DNA from: Armatimonadota bacterium
GTDB taxonomy: Bacteria; Armatimonadota; Zipacnadia; Zipacnadales; UBA5352
DNA length: 34,689 bases
Assembly (NCBI GenBank): GCA_034722055.1
Contig: JAYENL010000150.1
Span: 1 to 34,689, forward strand
Direction: 5' to 3'
Each line of letters begins with the position of its first letter. The first letter of the stretch is position 1. Both the position numbers and the translations under genes were made by a program. Positions 23,784-33,500 of the stretch are shown in pieces. The notes beneath the pieces are model-generated. The model ran no database searches and was not told the DNA's origin. It worked only from the letters and a program-made list of their open reading frames with translations.

Positions 23784-26700
23784 ATGGCTGCCACGCGCCG
23801 ACGCTGTCGCCCCTGTCACGCCGCGCACCTTGCGATCGCCATCTCGCTGGCGGCCCTCTGCAGTGCCGCCGCGCTCGCCGACGACTGGCCCACGGTTCGC
23901 CACGATAACGCCCGCAGCGGCTGGACAACGGAGACGGTTGAGCCGCCGCTGCGGCTCCGCTGGGCCTTCCGGCAGAAGTACCCTCCGCAGCAGGCCTGGA
24001 GCGGGCCACGCGATGAGGCGGTCGAGGGCAACTGGGAGAAGGACCGCATCGCCTTCGATGTCGTGAACCACGTGGCCGTCGCGGATGGCTCGGTCTTCAT
24101 GGGGTCCTCAGGCGACGGCACGGTCTACTGCCTCGACGCAGAGACAGGCCGCATCCGGTGGTCCTTCATCACCGGCGGGCCGGTGCGACTGGCGCCTGCG
24201 GTCGCCAACGGCCGGGTCTACTTCGGCTCCGATGATGGCCACGCCTACTGTGTCAGCGCCGATGACGGCAGCCTCGTGTGGCGGCTGCAGGCCGGCCCGG
24301 AGGATGACCGGCTGATCGGCAACGGGTGGATGGTGTCGCGGTGGCCGGTCCGAAGCGGGGTGCTGGTCGATGATGGCACCGCCTACTTCGGCGCAGGCGT
24401 CTTCCCGCACGAGGGCGTCTACGTCTGGGCCGCGGATGCCGATGACGGCCGGCTGATCTGGCGCAATGACACCACGTCAACGGCGGCGGAGCGGGGGCTA
24501 TTGGGCGGCCCGGGCAGCAACGAGCTGTCTCCGCACGGCTACCTGCTGGCGTCGCAGAGCCGCCTGTTCGTCGCCTCCGGCCGCGCCCTGCCCGCCGCCT
24601 TCGACCGCGAGGATGGTCGGAAGCTCTATCAGTCCCATGACAGTTGGCGAAGCAGCGGCATCGTTGGCGGCACCTTCGCCGTGCTGGCGGATGATCACAT
24701 TCTGGTCGGCGCCAACCAGGCGGTGGGCTACGACCAGGAGTCGGGCAGGGGCGGCTTCGCCTGGTTCCCCTGCCGGCGGCTTGTGGTCGCCGATGAGCTG
24801 GCGTACATGACCACCGACGCGGTACCGACCGAGACCAGCGGGTCCCCGCTGACCGAGGAGGTCACCTGCGTCAGCTTCGAGCCATACGCGGAGGCCACGC
24901 GCGAAAGGAAAACCACTCAGCGGCAGATCACATCCCTGGAGAGGCAGCACTCCGACACGCAGGGCCGGCTTCGCGCCGAGAGGGCCAAGCCTGAGGGCGA
25001 GCAGGACGCGGAGCGCATCGCGGAGCTTGCCGAGCAGGTTGAGGAGACCGAGGCGAAGCTGGAGGCTGCGAGGGAGCGCCTGGAGGAGATCGAGGGCCGG
25101 ACTCTGCAGGCGCAGGTCAGGTGGCGGACGCCCACGAGCTGCGCCTCCAGCCTGATCCTCGCCGGGGACGTGCTCTACGCAGGTGGGGAGGGGCTGGTGG
25201 TGGGCTATGATGCCGGTAGCGGCGATGAGGTGTGGCGCGCTGAGGTGGATGGCGACGCGCGGGGGCTGGCTGCGGCCGACGGCGCGCTCTACGTCAGCAC
25301 CGACGCGGGCCTGCTGTACTGCTTCGCGCCCGGCGACGGCGAGCCCGGCCCTATGCTCGAGCAGACTGCCGACGGGGGAGTCTACGGCGAGGACGAGCCG
25401 ATGTCCGCGGTCTACCGGGCGGCGGCGGAGGCCATCGTCAGCTCTTCGGGCGTGCGCCGCGGCTTCTGCCTGGTCCTGGGCGTTGAGACCGGCCGGCTGG
25501 CGTACGAGCTTGCGCGCCGGACCGATCTGAAGATCTACTGCCTGGAGGCGGATGCGGAGAGGGTGCAGACCGCGCGGGCGGCGCTGAGTGCCGCCGGGGT
25601 CCACGGCGGCCGCGTCTTCGTCGATCAGGGCGACACCAGCGACATCCCCTACCCGGACTACTTCGCGAATCTCATCGTCTCCGAGAGCGCCCTTCATGGC
25701 AGGGCGCTCCCGGAGGTCACTGAGGAGATCATCCGCACTCTCAAGCCGTGCGGCGGCGTCGTCTGCGTGGGGCGGCCGGAGAACGCGCCCGCGGCCCTCA
25801 CCGCCGAGAGGCTGACCGGGTGGCTGCGCTCGTTCAACTGTGGGGAGCCGAGCGTCAGCCGGGATGCCGGGTTGTGGGGGACCATCGTGCGCGGGGCGCT
25901 CCCCGGAGCGGGAAGCTGGACCCACCAGTACGCCGAGCCGGGCAACACCGCCGGCGGCGACGATGACATCAGGTGCCCGCTGGGCCTGCTGTGGTACGGC
26001 GATCCGGGCCCGGACAAGATGCTCAGCCGACACGCCCGGAGCGTGGCGCCGCTGACAGTGGACGGACGGCTGCTGATGCAGGGCAATAACGTGGTGATGT
26101 GCTACGACGCCTACAACGGCGTGCGCTACTGGGAGCGGCAGATCGAGGGCGCAGTGCGCTCCGGCATGACCCACCGGGCGAGCAACACCTGCTGCAACTC
26201 CAGACACATGTTCGTGGCCGTGGGCCCGCAGTGCCTGCGGCTGGACGTGAGCACTGGCGAGACCACGGCCACCTTCGAGCAGCCCGACGCTGCTGCGGAC
26301 GAGCCCCCCGCGTGGGGCTGGATCGCCACCGTCGGCGACCTCCTCTACGGGAGCACCAGCCTGGACGGGCAGTTCAGCGCGGGCGTCTTCGCGCTCGACG
26401 CCGAGAGCGGCGACCCGCGCTGGGTGTACGAGGGCACCCGGATCAAGGACAATACCATCGCCATCGGCGACGGCCGGATGTTCTTCGCCGACAGCGTCGA
26501 GCTTACCGACCAGCAGCGCCGGGAGGCGGTTGCGGAGAGCGGCGGCGATCCCGACAGCGCCGACGTGCGAATGGTGGTGTGTCTGGACGCGGCCACCGGC
26601 GACACGCTGTGGGAGCGGCCGGTTGACCTCACCGACTGCGGCGGCGCCAGCAACGTGCTCATGGCCATGTACCGCGACGGCGTCGTGGTGTTCAGCGCGG

Positions 26701-28922
26701 CCCACTGGAACGGCCACTACTGGGGACAGTTCCTGGGGGGCGACTACGGCGAGCGCCGCGCGGTGGCCCTCGCCGCCCAGGACGGCGAGCTGCTGTGGCA
26801 CAAGCGGATCGGGTATCGCATCCGACCGCTGATCGTGGGCGAGCAGTTCGTGGCGGAGCCCTGGGCCTTCGATCTGCATACCGGAGAGCAGCGAATGCGC
26901 GCGCACCCGATCACCGGGGAGCAGGTCCCCTGGCAGTTCGAGCGCCCCGGCCATCACTGCGGCTGCATCTCGGGGGCCGACAACCTGCTGCTGTTCCGAT
27001 CCAGCTTCATGGGCTACTACGACCTGGTGGAGGACTACGGCACCTGCCACTTCGGCGCCCTCCGCCCCGGCTGCTGGATCAACGCCATCCCGGCCAGCGG
27101 GCTGGTGGTCATGCCCGAGGCCAGCTCCGGCTGCCAGTGCCTCTACGCCATCCAGTGCACCGTGGTCTTCCAGCCGGTGGATAAGCCGCGGACCTGGGGC
27201 CTCTTCAGCACCCCCGGCCCGCACAGGCCCGTGACGCATCTGGCAGTGAACCTGGGCGCGCCCGGCGACCGCCGGGCCGCCGACGGTAAGCTGTGGCTCT
27301 CCTACCCCCGGCCGTGGTCGCGCATGCAGACTCAGTTCGAGCTGAAGCCGACCCTGCATGAGGGTGGCGGATACGTCTCGGACGATCCCCGGCTGGCGGC
27401 GATCGAGGGAGCCGCCACGCCCTGGCTCCACACGTCCGGCCTCCGGGGTCTGAGGCGGCTGGAGGTGCCTCTGGTCCAGCGAGGCGATGCTCCCGCGGCG
27501 TACAGGGTGCGCCTGCACCTCTTGGCACCGCCGGAGGGCGAGGGTCAGCCGCCGGTGGATATCAGGCTGCAGGGCGAGACTGTGGCCGAGGGCCTGGACG
27601 TGCGCCAGGCGGCCGGCGGGCCGAGCCGGCCGCTGGTGCGCGAGTTCGACCCGGTGCCGGTGCGCGGCGAGCTGCAGATCGAATTCGCTCCGCGGGTCGA
27701 GGAGCCGGCCGCCGACAGCGTTCCGCTGCTCAGCGCGGTAGAGCTGGAGCGCGTGTCGCTGCCGGGCATGGACGCCCAGGTGCAGACGCTCCGGAGACCG
27801 TTGGCGCGCCACAACCTCGGCTACTGGCTGGCCGAGGTGCTGCGTCAGGCGGCCGACGCCGACATGGCGCTGATCCCCTGCGACAGCGTGTGGCTGGAGG
27901 GCGATCGCGTGGAGGCCGGCACGCTGACGCTGGGCGAGCTGCTGGCCCACGTGACCGACGCCCGCCTGGTGCGCCATCGCGTCACGGGCGCTGAGCTGCT
28001 GGAGTACCTGAGCAATCCCCGTGTTGCGGACCGGCTGAATCCGCTGAGCCATGGCCGGGCGTCGCAGGAGCTCAACTCGCTGTATCATGCCGGGCTTGAG
28101 GTGACCTACGATGCCGACCGTCGGTCAGTGCGGCTCGACCTCGACCCCGGGCGGCAGTACGCGCTGGTGAGCGTCTGCCCCTTCGCCGGTCTGGGCGGGC
28201 GGGCGCAGGCCCTCGACGCGGAGGCGGCAGCGGAACATTCGGCCATCCCGGGCCTGCGGTCCGAGGCGGCCGAGGTGCTCGAACTGACAACCTGGAGCGT
28301 CCTGGAGAGCCTGGGCGCGGAGGGCTTGAGCCTCACACGACGCTACCCTGAGGCGCTCGCCATCTGGGAGACGTGGCTGGAGCATGCGGAGGAGCAGATG
28401 GGCTACCACCTGACCGAGTGGCCCGAGGACCTGCCCGCGGTCACCATCGAGGCCGCCGCTGACGCCAGCGTCCGACACGCACAGCCGAATGGCACCATGG
28501 GCTCGGGCGCCACTGTGACGGTAGACGGTGGCGACAGGGAGCTGGGGGACGGCTCGCACACGCTGATCTACCTGCGCTTCCCGCTGGATGTGCCGGGCCG
28601 GCCCGTCATGGCGAAGCTGCGTCTGCGGACGCATGACGGTGGACACTCCAACAGCGCGGAGGCCGGCGACGTTCGAGTGGTGGAGGAGCCCTGGGAGGAG
28701 ACAACGGTGACCTACAAGGCCCGGCCGAGTCCCGGCGAGAAGGTGGGGGCGCTGGGGGCCGTGGAGCTCGGCCAGGTCAGCGAGCACCTGCTGAAGGTCG
28801 ATCTGCGGGCCCGCGACGAGCTGTCGCTTGGGATCGTGCCGACATCCTGCGATGCGGCAGTGTTCCTGGCGCGCGAGAGCGGCGACGGGCCGGAGCTGAT
28901 CGTGGCCTACCAGCCGCAGTGA
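23784..28922 (+). CDS. Giant secreted multi-domain protein: two PQQ-type (BamB-like) beta-propellers, degenerate methyltransferase-like domain, malectin-like domain, 5'-nucleotidase-C-like domain and DNRLRE-like domain
   Basis: Signal peptide then DWPTVRHDNARSG; repeated LDAxxG...W Trp-docking motifs; GFCLVLGVETGRLAYELA; WTHQYAEPGNT; HHCGC/RPGCW/SGCQC; C-terminal ADASV...YLRF...AKLRL...WEETTVTY. Confidence 0.85.
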   Translation: MAATRRRCRPCHAAHLAIAISLAALCSAAALADDWPTVRHDNARSGWTTETVEPPLRLRWAFRQKYPPQQAWSGPRDEAVEGNWEKDRIAFDVVNHVAVADGSVFMGSSGDGTVYCLDAETGRIRWSFITGGPVRLAPAVANGRVYFGSDDGHAYCVSADDGSLVWRLQAGPEDDRLIGNGWMVSRWPVRSGVLVDDGTAYFGAGVFPHEGVYVWAADADDGRLIWRNDTTSTAAERGLLGGPGSNELSPHGYLLASQSRLFVASGRALPAAFDREDGRKLYQSHDSWRSSGIVGGTFAVLADDHILVGANQAVGYDQESGRGGFAWFPCRRLVVADELAYMTTDAVPTETSGSPLTEEVTCVSFEPYAEATRERKTTQRQITSLERQHSDTQGRLRAERAKPEGEQDAERIAELAEQVEETEAKLEAARERLEEIEGRTLQAQVRWRTPTSCASSLILAGDVLYAGGEGLVVGYDAGSGDEVWRAEVDGDARGLAAADGALYVSTDAGLLYCFAPGDGEPGPMLEQTADGGVYGEDEPMSAVYRAAAEAIVSSSGVRRGFCLVLGVETGRLAYELARRTDLKIYCLEADAERVQTARAALSAAGVHGGRVFVDQGDTSDIPYPDYFANLIVSESALHGRALPEVTEEIIRTLKPCGGVVCVGRPENAPAALTAERLTGWLRSFNCGEPSVSRDAGLWGTIVRGALPGAGSWTHQYAEPGNTAGGDDDIRCPLGLLWYGDPGPDKMLSRHARSVAPLTVDGRLLMQGNNVVMCYDAYNGVRYWERQIEGAVRSGMTHRASNTCCNSRHMFVAVGPQCLRLDVSTGETTATFEQPDAAADEPPAWGWIATVGDLLYGSTSLDGQFSAGVFALDAESGDPRWVYEGTRIKDNTIAIGDGRMFFADSVELTDQQRREAVAESGGDPDSADVRMVVCLDAATGDTLWERPVDLTDCGGASNVLMAMYRDGVVVFSAAHWNGHYWGQFLGGDYGERRAVALAAQDGELLWHKRIGYRIRPLIVGEQFVAEPWAFDLHTGEQRMRAHPITGEQVPWQFERPGHHCGCISGADNLLLFRSSFMGYYDLVEDYGTCHFGALRPGCWINAIPASGLVVMPEASSGCQCLYAIQCTVVFQPVDKPRTWGLFSTPGPHRPVTHLAVNLGAPGDRRAADGKLWLSYPRPWSRMQTQFELKPTLHEGGGYVSDDPRLAAIEGAATPWLHTSGLRGLRRLEVPLVQRGDAPAAYRVRLHLLAPPEGEGQPPVDIRLQGETVAEGLDVRQAAGGPSRPLVREFDPVPVRGELQIEFAPRVEEPAADSVPLLSAVELERVSLPGMDAQVQTLRRPLARHNLGYWLAEVLRQAADADMALIPCDSVWLEGDRVEAGTLTLGELLAHVTDARLVRHRVTGAELLEYLSNPRVADRLNPLSHGRASQELNSLYHAGLEVTYDADRRSVRLDLDPGRQYALVSVCPFAGLGGRAQALDAEAAAEHSAIPGLRSEAAEVLELTTWSVLESLGAEGLSLTRRYPEALAIWETWLEHAEEQMGYHLTEWPEDLPAVTIEAAADASVRHAQPNGTMGSGATVTVDGGDRELGDGSHTLIYLRFPLDVPGRPVMAKLRLRTHDGGHSNSAEAGDVRVVEEPWEETTVTYKARPSPGEKVGALGAVELGQVSEHLLKVDLRARDELSLGIVPTSCDAAVFLARESGDGPELIVAYQPQ

Positions 28923-28950
28923 CCGATTGCGCGAGAGGAAGAGACCCCGG

Positions 28951-30435
28951 ATGCATCACGCATGGGTGCGCTGCGCAACTGGCGTGGTGGCGACGCTCTC
29001 GCTGGCCGCCGGGCTGTGGGCCTGCGACACCCCCGTGTACCAGTACTCCATGTACGAGTGGCGGGCGGAGCGCTACGAGGTCCGGTACTTCCACCGCGCC
29101 GGCACGCAGCCGGAGTCAGACAAGGCGGTCGCCGAGCGCCTGCGCAGGGCCTCGGCGGCTGAGGCCGGGAGCGCGAACCTGACCTTCCAGGTGGTGGAGG
29201 TGGGGCCGGAGGGGCAGGTTCCGGACAGGCACCAGCGAGTCTGGCGGCGACATCGGGGCGATGATCTGCCGCTGCACGTGATCACGTCTGCCCGCGGCGA
29301 GCTGTATGCCGGCCGCCTGGACGCGGGCATGGCGGCGGGGCTGGTGGACTCGCCGAAGCGGCGGGAGCTGGCGCGGGCGCTGAGCGGAGGGGATGCCGGC
29401 GTGCTGGTGGTGCTCGCTGACCGGGCGGCGGGGGACAGAGGGCGCGTCGTGCGCGTGGCCCGGGAGGCCGCCGCTGCGGGATCGGATGAGCAGTGCCACG
29501 TGGGGCTGGTGGTCGTGGACCGGGACGACCCCGCAGAGCGCTGGCTTGTGCGGCAGCTCCTGTCAGTCGAGGGCGACCTGGTGGATATACGGGCGTCGAT
29601 GGTCTTCGGCGCCTTCGGCCGCGCTCATGTGTTGCCGCCCTACGTCGGTGAGGGCGTGACCGCTGCAGGCCTGGCCGAGCTGATTCAGTTCATGCACGGG
29701 CCATGCGCGTGCGAGCTAAAGGTCGCGAACCCCGGCATCGACCTGCTGATGAGCTGGGACTGGGCAGCGCATCTGCCGCAGTGGGCCACCGGGCAGGCCA
29801 CGCAGGCCGGCTTCGTGCTGCTCGACTTCGGTGACCGGGTGGATGAGGGCGCTGCCGACCCTGATGACGTGGAGGCGGATGCATCGGGGGCGGTCGCGAC
29901 CACTGCGGTGGATCGGCAGCCTGGGGCGGAGGTGCCGGAGCAGGCGATCGACGTGCCGGGCTCCTCGCAGGCGTCCGCCGCTCGACCCTCTGCAGCCGAG
30001 CCGCAGCTCTCACGGCCGGCGTCCCCTGCGGGAGAGGCCCGGCTGACGCCGCCGTCCCCGACCGTCGAAGCGCAAGGCGTCGAGGAGCCAGCGGCGACGT
30101 CCACCAGCGATGAGGCGTCCGAGGAGCGCGCCGCGGGCGCTGAGTCTTCTGAGCAGGGGAGTCCGGCCACCGACCCGGAGCCCGATGGCGATGAGCCGCG
30201 TAGTGATGGGGCTGACGCGACGCCGGGCCGGCGCATCACGCTGGTGGGACGCGCGCCGGAGCTGCCGGCGGTCAGACCGGCTCAGATGGCGCTGCACGCG
30301 GAGGCCGAGCTGATCGAGAACCAGGGCCTCGCCACCAGCCTGGCCGCGAGAGTGGGCATCGTCCTGGCGCTGATCGCTGCCGCCGGCGCGGTCGGCACCA
30401 TCATCATCTGGCGCCGGACACGGGAGACCGAGTGA
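28951..30435 (+). CDS. Exported Cys-motif hypothetical protein with acidic disordered linker and C-terminal membrane anchor
   Basis: Signal peptide ending LWA-C, CDTPVYQYSMYEW, GPCACELK, P/A/E/S-rich stalk, TM helix followed by WRRTR. Confidence 0.75.
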   Translation: MHHAWVRCATGVVATLSLAAGLWACDTPVYQYSMYEWRAERYEVRYFHRAGTQPESDKAVAERLRRASAAEAGSANLTFQVVEVGPEGQVPDRHQRVWRRHRGDDLPLHVITSARGELYAGRLDAGMAAGLVDSPKRRELARALSGGDAGVLVVLADRAAGDRGRVVRVAREAAAAGSDEQCHVGLVVVDRDDPAERWLVRQLLSVEGDLVDIRASMVFGAFGRAHVLPPYVGEGVTAAGLAELIQFMHGPCACELKVANPGIDLLMSWDWAAHLPQWATGQATQAGFVLLDFGDRVDEGAADPDDVEADASGAVATTAVDRQPGAEVPEQAIDVPGSSQASAARPSAAEPQLSRPASPAGEARLTPPSPTVEAQGVEEPAATSTSDEASEERAAGAESSEQGSPATDPEPDGDEPRSDGADATPGRRITLVGRAPELPAVRPAQMALHAEAELIENQGLATSLAARVGIVLALIAAAGAVGTIIIWRRTRETE

Positions 30436-30502
30436 GAGCGCTGAGCGGCCGGCCGAGGGAGTGTGTCGCGCCAAGGCCGACCAGTTGCAGGGAGGGGTTG
30501 CC

Positions 30503-33500
30503 ATGCGCAGAACGGCGAGGTTGCTTGCACTGACGCTCTGCATCGCACTGACCTGGACGTCACAGGCGGCGGAGCAGACGCGTCCCCTCTACGACGAGAT
30601 CTTCTTCGAGCCGACCGAGGCCGTGCAGACGCCTCACATCGCGTGGGCGAAGCCCTACTACCGGGGCCCGATTCGCGCCCTCTTCATCACGCACCGCGAT
30701 GCCATGCGGGAGGTGGTGGAGCTGGCGCAGCGGGTGAGCCTGGACTACCGCGTGCTGGCCATGGAGAAGCGCGACGTCTTCGCGCCGGGTGCGGAGGCGA
30801 AGCGGTGGCAGCTCGTTCGCGGCAACTCCCATGAGGAGCTGGCCGACCGCCTGCGCGGCTACCTGCAGGAGCGGTGGGATGTGATCGTGCTCGGCAACAT
30901 CAAGTGGGATGAGATCCCCATCGACTGCCGCTACCTGGTGCTGGCGCAGGTCAGCGAGGGCACAGGGCTGGTCGGCTGCGTGGTGCCGGCGGAGTACGAG
31001 TACCTGGATCGCATCATGGCCTCGGCGAAGTTCCACTGGCACTACTACGTGTGGACGGGCGAGGCGCAGGGCATCGAGGATTACTTCGGGGAGGGCGAGT
31101 TCGAGGGGACGGTGGTGCGCGAGAATCCGCACTCGGGGGAGGCCTGCGCGCGCATCGTGGGCATCAAGGCCGAGCCGGGCAGCAGGGGCTCACCCTACGC
31201 CGCCTACCACCAGAAGATCGCGGTGGAGCCGGACACCGACTACCGATTCTCCGCGTGGTATCGCAGCACGGACTTCGCCCAGGGGCGCGCCTGGATCAGC
31301 GTCCTGCCTGTGAAGGCGGCCCGGGACCTGGAGGTCTCGCACCAGTGGGACCACGCCGCCGTGGAGTTCAACTCCGGCGAGCATGGGGAGGTCACCGTCT
31401 ACCTGTTCACCCGCGGGCTGGGCACGGTGTGGTACGATGACGTAAGGCTCGCGCGGGTCGGCGACGAGACGAATCTGGTGCCCAATCCTGGCTTCGAGCA
31501 GCCCGGCGCCGATGCCCAGGTGCTGGCTCGCGGGCTTCCCTTCCGGGCGCTGCCGGCCTTCAGCGCATATGACAGCGCGTCGGCCTTCGCGCGCGGTGTC
31601 GTGCAGGCGACGGAGTTCCACGACGGGCGCATCGCCCTGCTGCAGGGCATCCGGCCGCCCGGTCTGCAGATGATGACCCCCTCCCCCGGCGGCGATGTCA
31701 TGGAGGTGCAGCCGCACTACGACTACTACCTGGCGCTGGCGGCCCGGACCATCCTGTGGGGCGCCGACAAGGAGCCGGAGGCGCGGCTCTCGGTGCCCGG
31801 CCCCGAGCCGGCGAGCTTCGAGCGCGCAGCGCTGCCGGCGGACCTGTCCGTCGGCCTCGCGGCTGAGCGCGACTTCGGCGACTGCCGGCTGCGGGTGGAG
31901 GTGCGGGACCACGCCGGCGAGCTGTGGCACGAGGCCACGCAGCAGGTCGCGGTGGCGCAGGGGGAGCAGCGCGCGGCCCTTGAGCTGCCCCGCTTGGCCC
32001 GCGGGGAGTACCTGGCCAGCGTGTGGCTGACGCGCGGGGAAGAGGTGATTGACTTCGCCACGGCGGCGGTGGCGGTGGAGGCGGAGGCGCGGCTGGAGGA
32101 GGTGGCGCTGGACCGGGAGAGCTTCTCGCGGTCGGAGCCGGTAACGGGCAGGGCGAGCGTGGCCGGGGCGCCGGGGGAGGCTGCGCTGGTGCTGACGGTG
32201 CGCGATAACTTCGGCCGGCAGCTCGAGCGGGCCGTCATGGAGGTGGAGGGGGCGGAGCCGATGTCCTTCAGCCTCGAGACGCTGGAGCCGCTGAGCATCG
32301 TGAGCCACCTGCGGGTGGAGCTGCGGGCCGGCGACGAGCTGCTGGACGTGGCGCGGATCGACTACTCCGTCAGCGATCTGCACCCCGACCCGGAGGACGT
32401 CCGCCACGTGATGTGGCAGAGCCTGGGCAACGACTTCATCAGCCGATACATCGCCCGGGAGTTCTACGAGCACGGCATCGACACGCAGTACACCGGCTTC
32501 TCGCCCATCGCGCCGCACGAGAACCTGTGGCACCTGCCCTACGCCACGCGCTTCGTTGACCGCAAGACCGACTGGTACCAGCCAAAGAAGACGCGCGCCC
32601 AGGACGACCACGTCCGCGATCCCTGCCTCACCGATCCGGAGTACCGGGCTCAGGTGCGCGAGAAGCTCACGACCGTGGCCGAGCGGGCCGGGCCCTACTC
32701 GACCTCCGACTTCAGCCTCGGCGACGAGAATCACTTCGTGGCCGGGAACTACGACCTGTGCTTCTCGGAGACCTGCGTGGCGGACTTCCGCGACTGGTGC
32801 GAGCGGGAGTATGAGACCATCGGCGCGCTGAACGCGGAGTGGGGGACGGACTACCCCAGCTTCGCGGAGGTGGAGCCGATCACGCTGGAGCAGGCGGAGG
32901 AGAGCGGGCGCTACGCGCAGTGGGTGGACCACCGCCGGCACATGGAGAGCGTGTGGGCGGGCATCCACGCCTTCAGCCGGGACGTCATCCGGGAGGTGGT
33001 GCCCGAGGCGCGGGTGGGCTACGAGGGCTCGGACGTCTACGTGCGCAGCCTGCGGGCGGCCGACTACTGGAAGCTGTCGCGGGCGATGGACCTCAACAAC
33101 ATCTACTACCGCGACTTCGTCTCGGCGGCCTGGCACGACTTCGCCCAGCCCGGGACGCTGTTGGGTGCGGGCTGGTTCGGGGGCTACACAGGCAACCGCA
33201 ATGAGGCGCACATGCGGTGGTTCCCCTGGCGCAGCCTGCTGAAGGGCTCGAACTCCTTCTGGGTGTGGATGGGCCACAGCGGCGCCGGCGGCGTCATGGC
33301 GCCCGACCTGTCGCTGTACCCGTTCTTCGAGGCCGCCTGCGAGGAGATCAAGGAGTTCAAGCGGGGCATCGGCAAGCTGCTGATCACCGCTGAGCGCCAG
33401 CACGACGGCATCGCCCTGCTCTACTCGCCATCCAGCGTGCACGTGGCGCACGTCACGCCCGAGTTCCCGTCGATGCACGATGAGCTCAATGACGCGGTGA

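Noticed and set aside
24498..28088. 1196-aa minus-strand ORF (likewise 31190-34480, 4517-6694, 16030-18090, 923-2623)
   Set aside because: Antisense shadows of well-supported + strand genes, expected from high-GC codon bias; no recognisable motifs.
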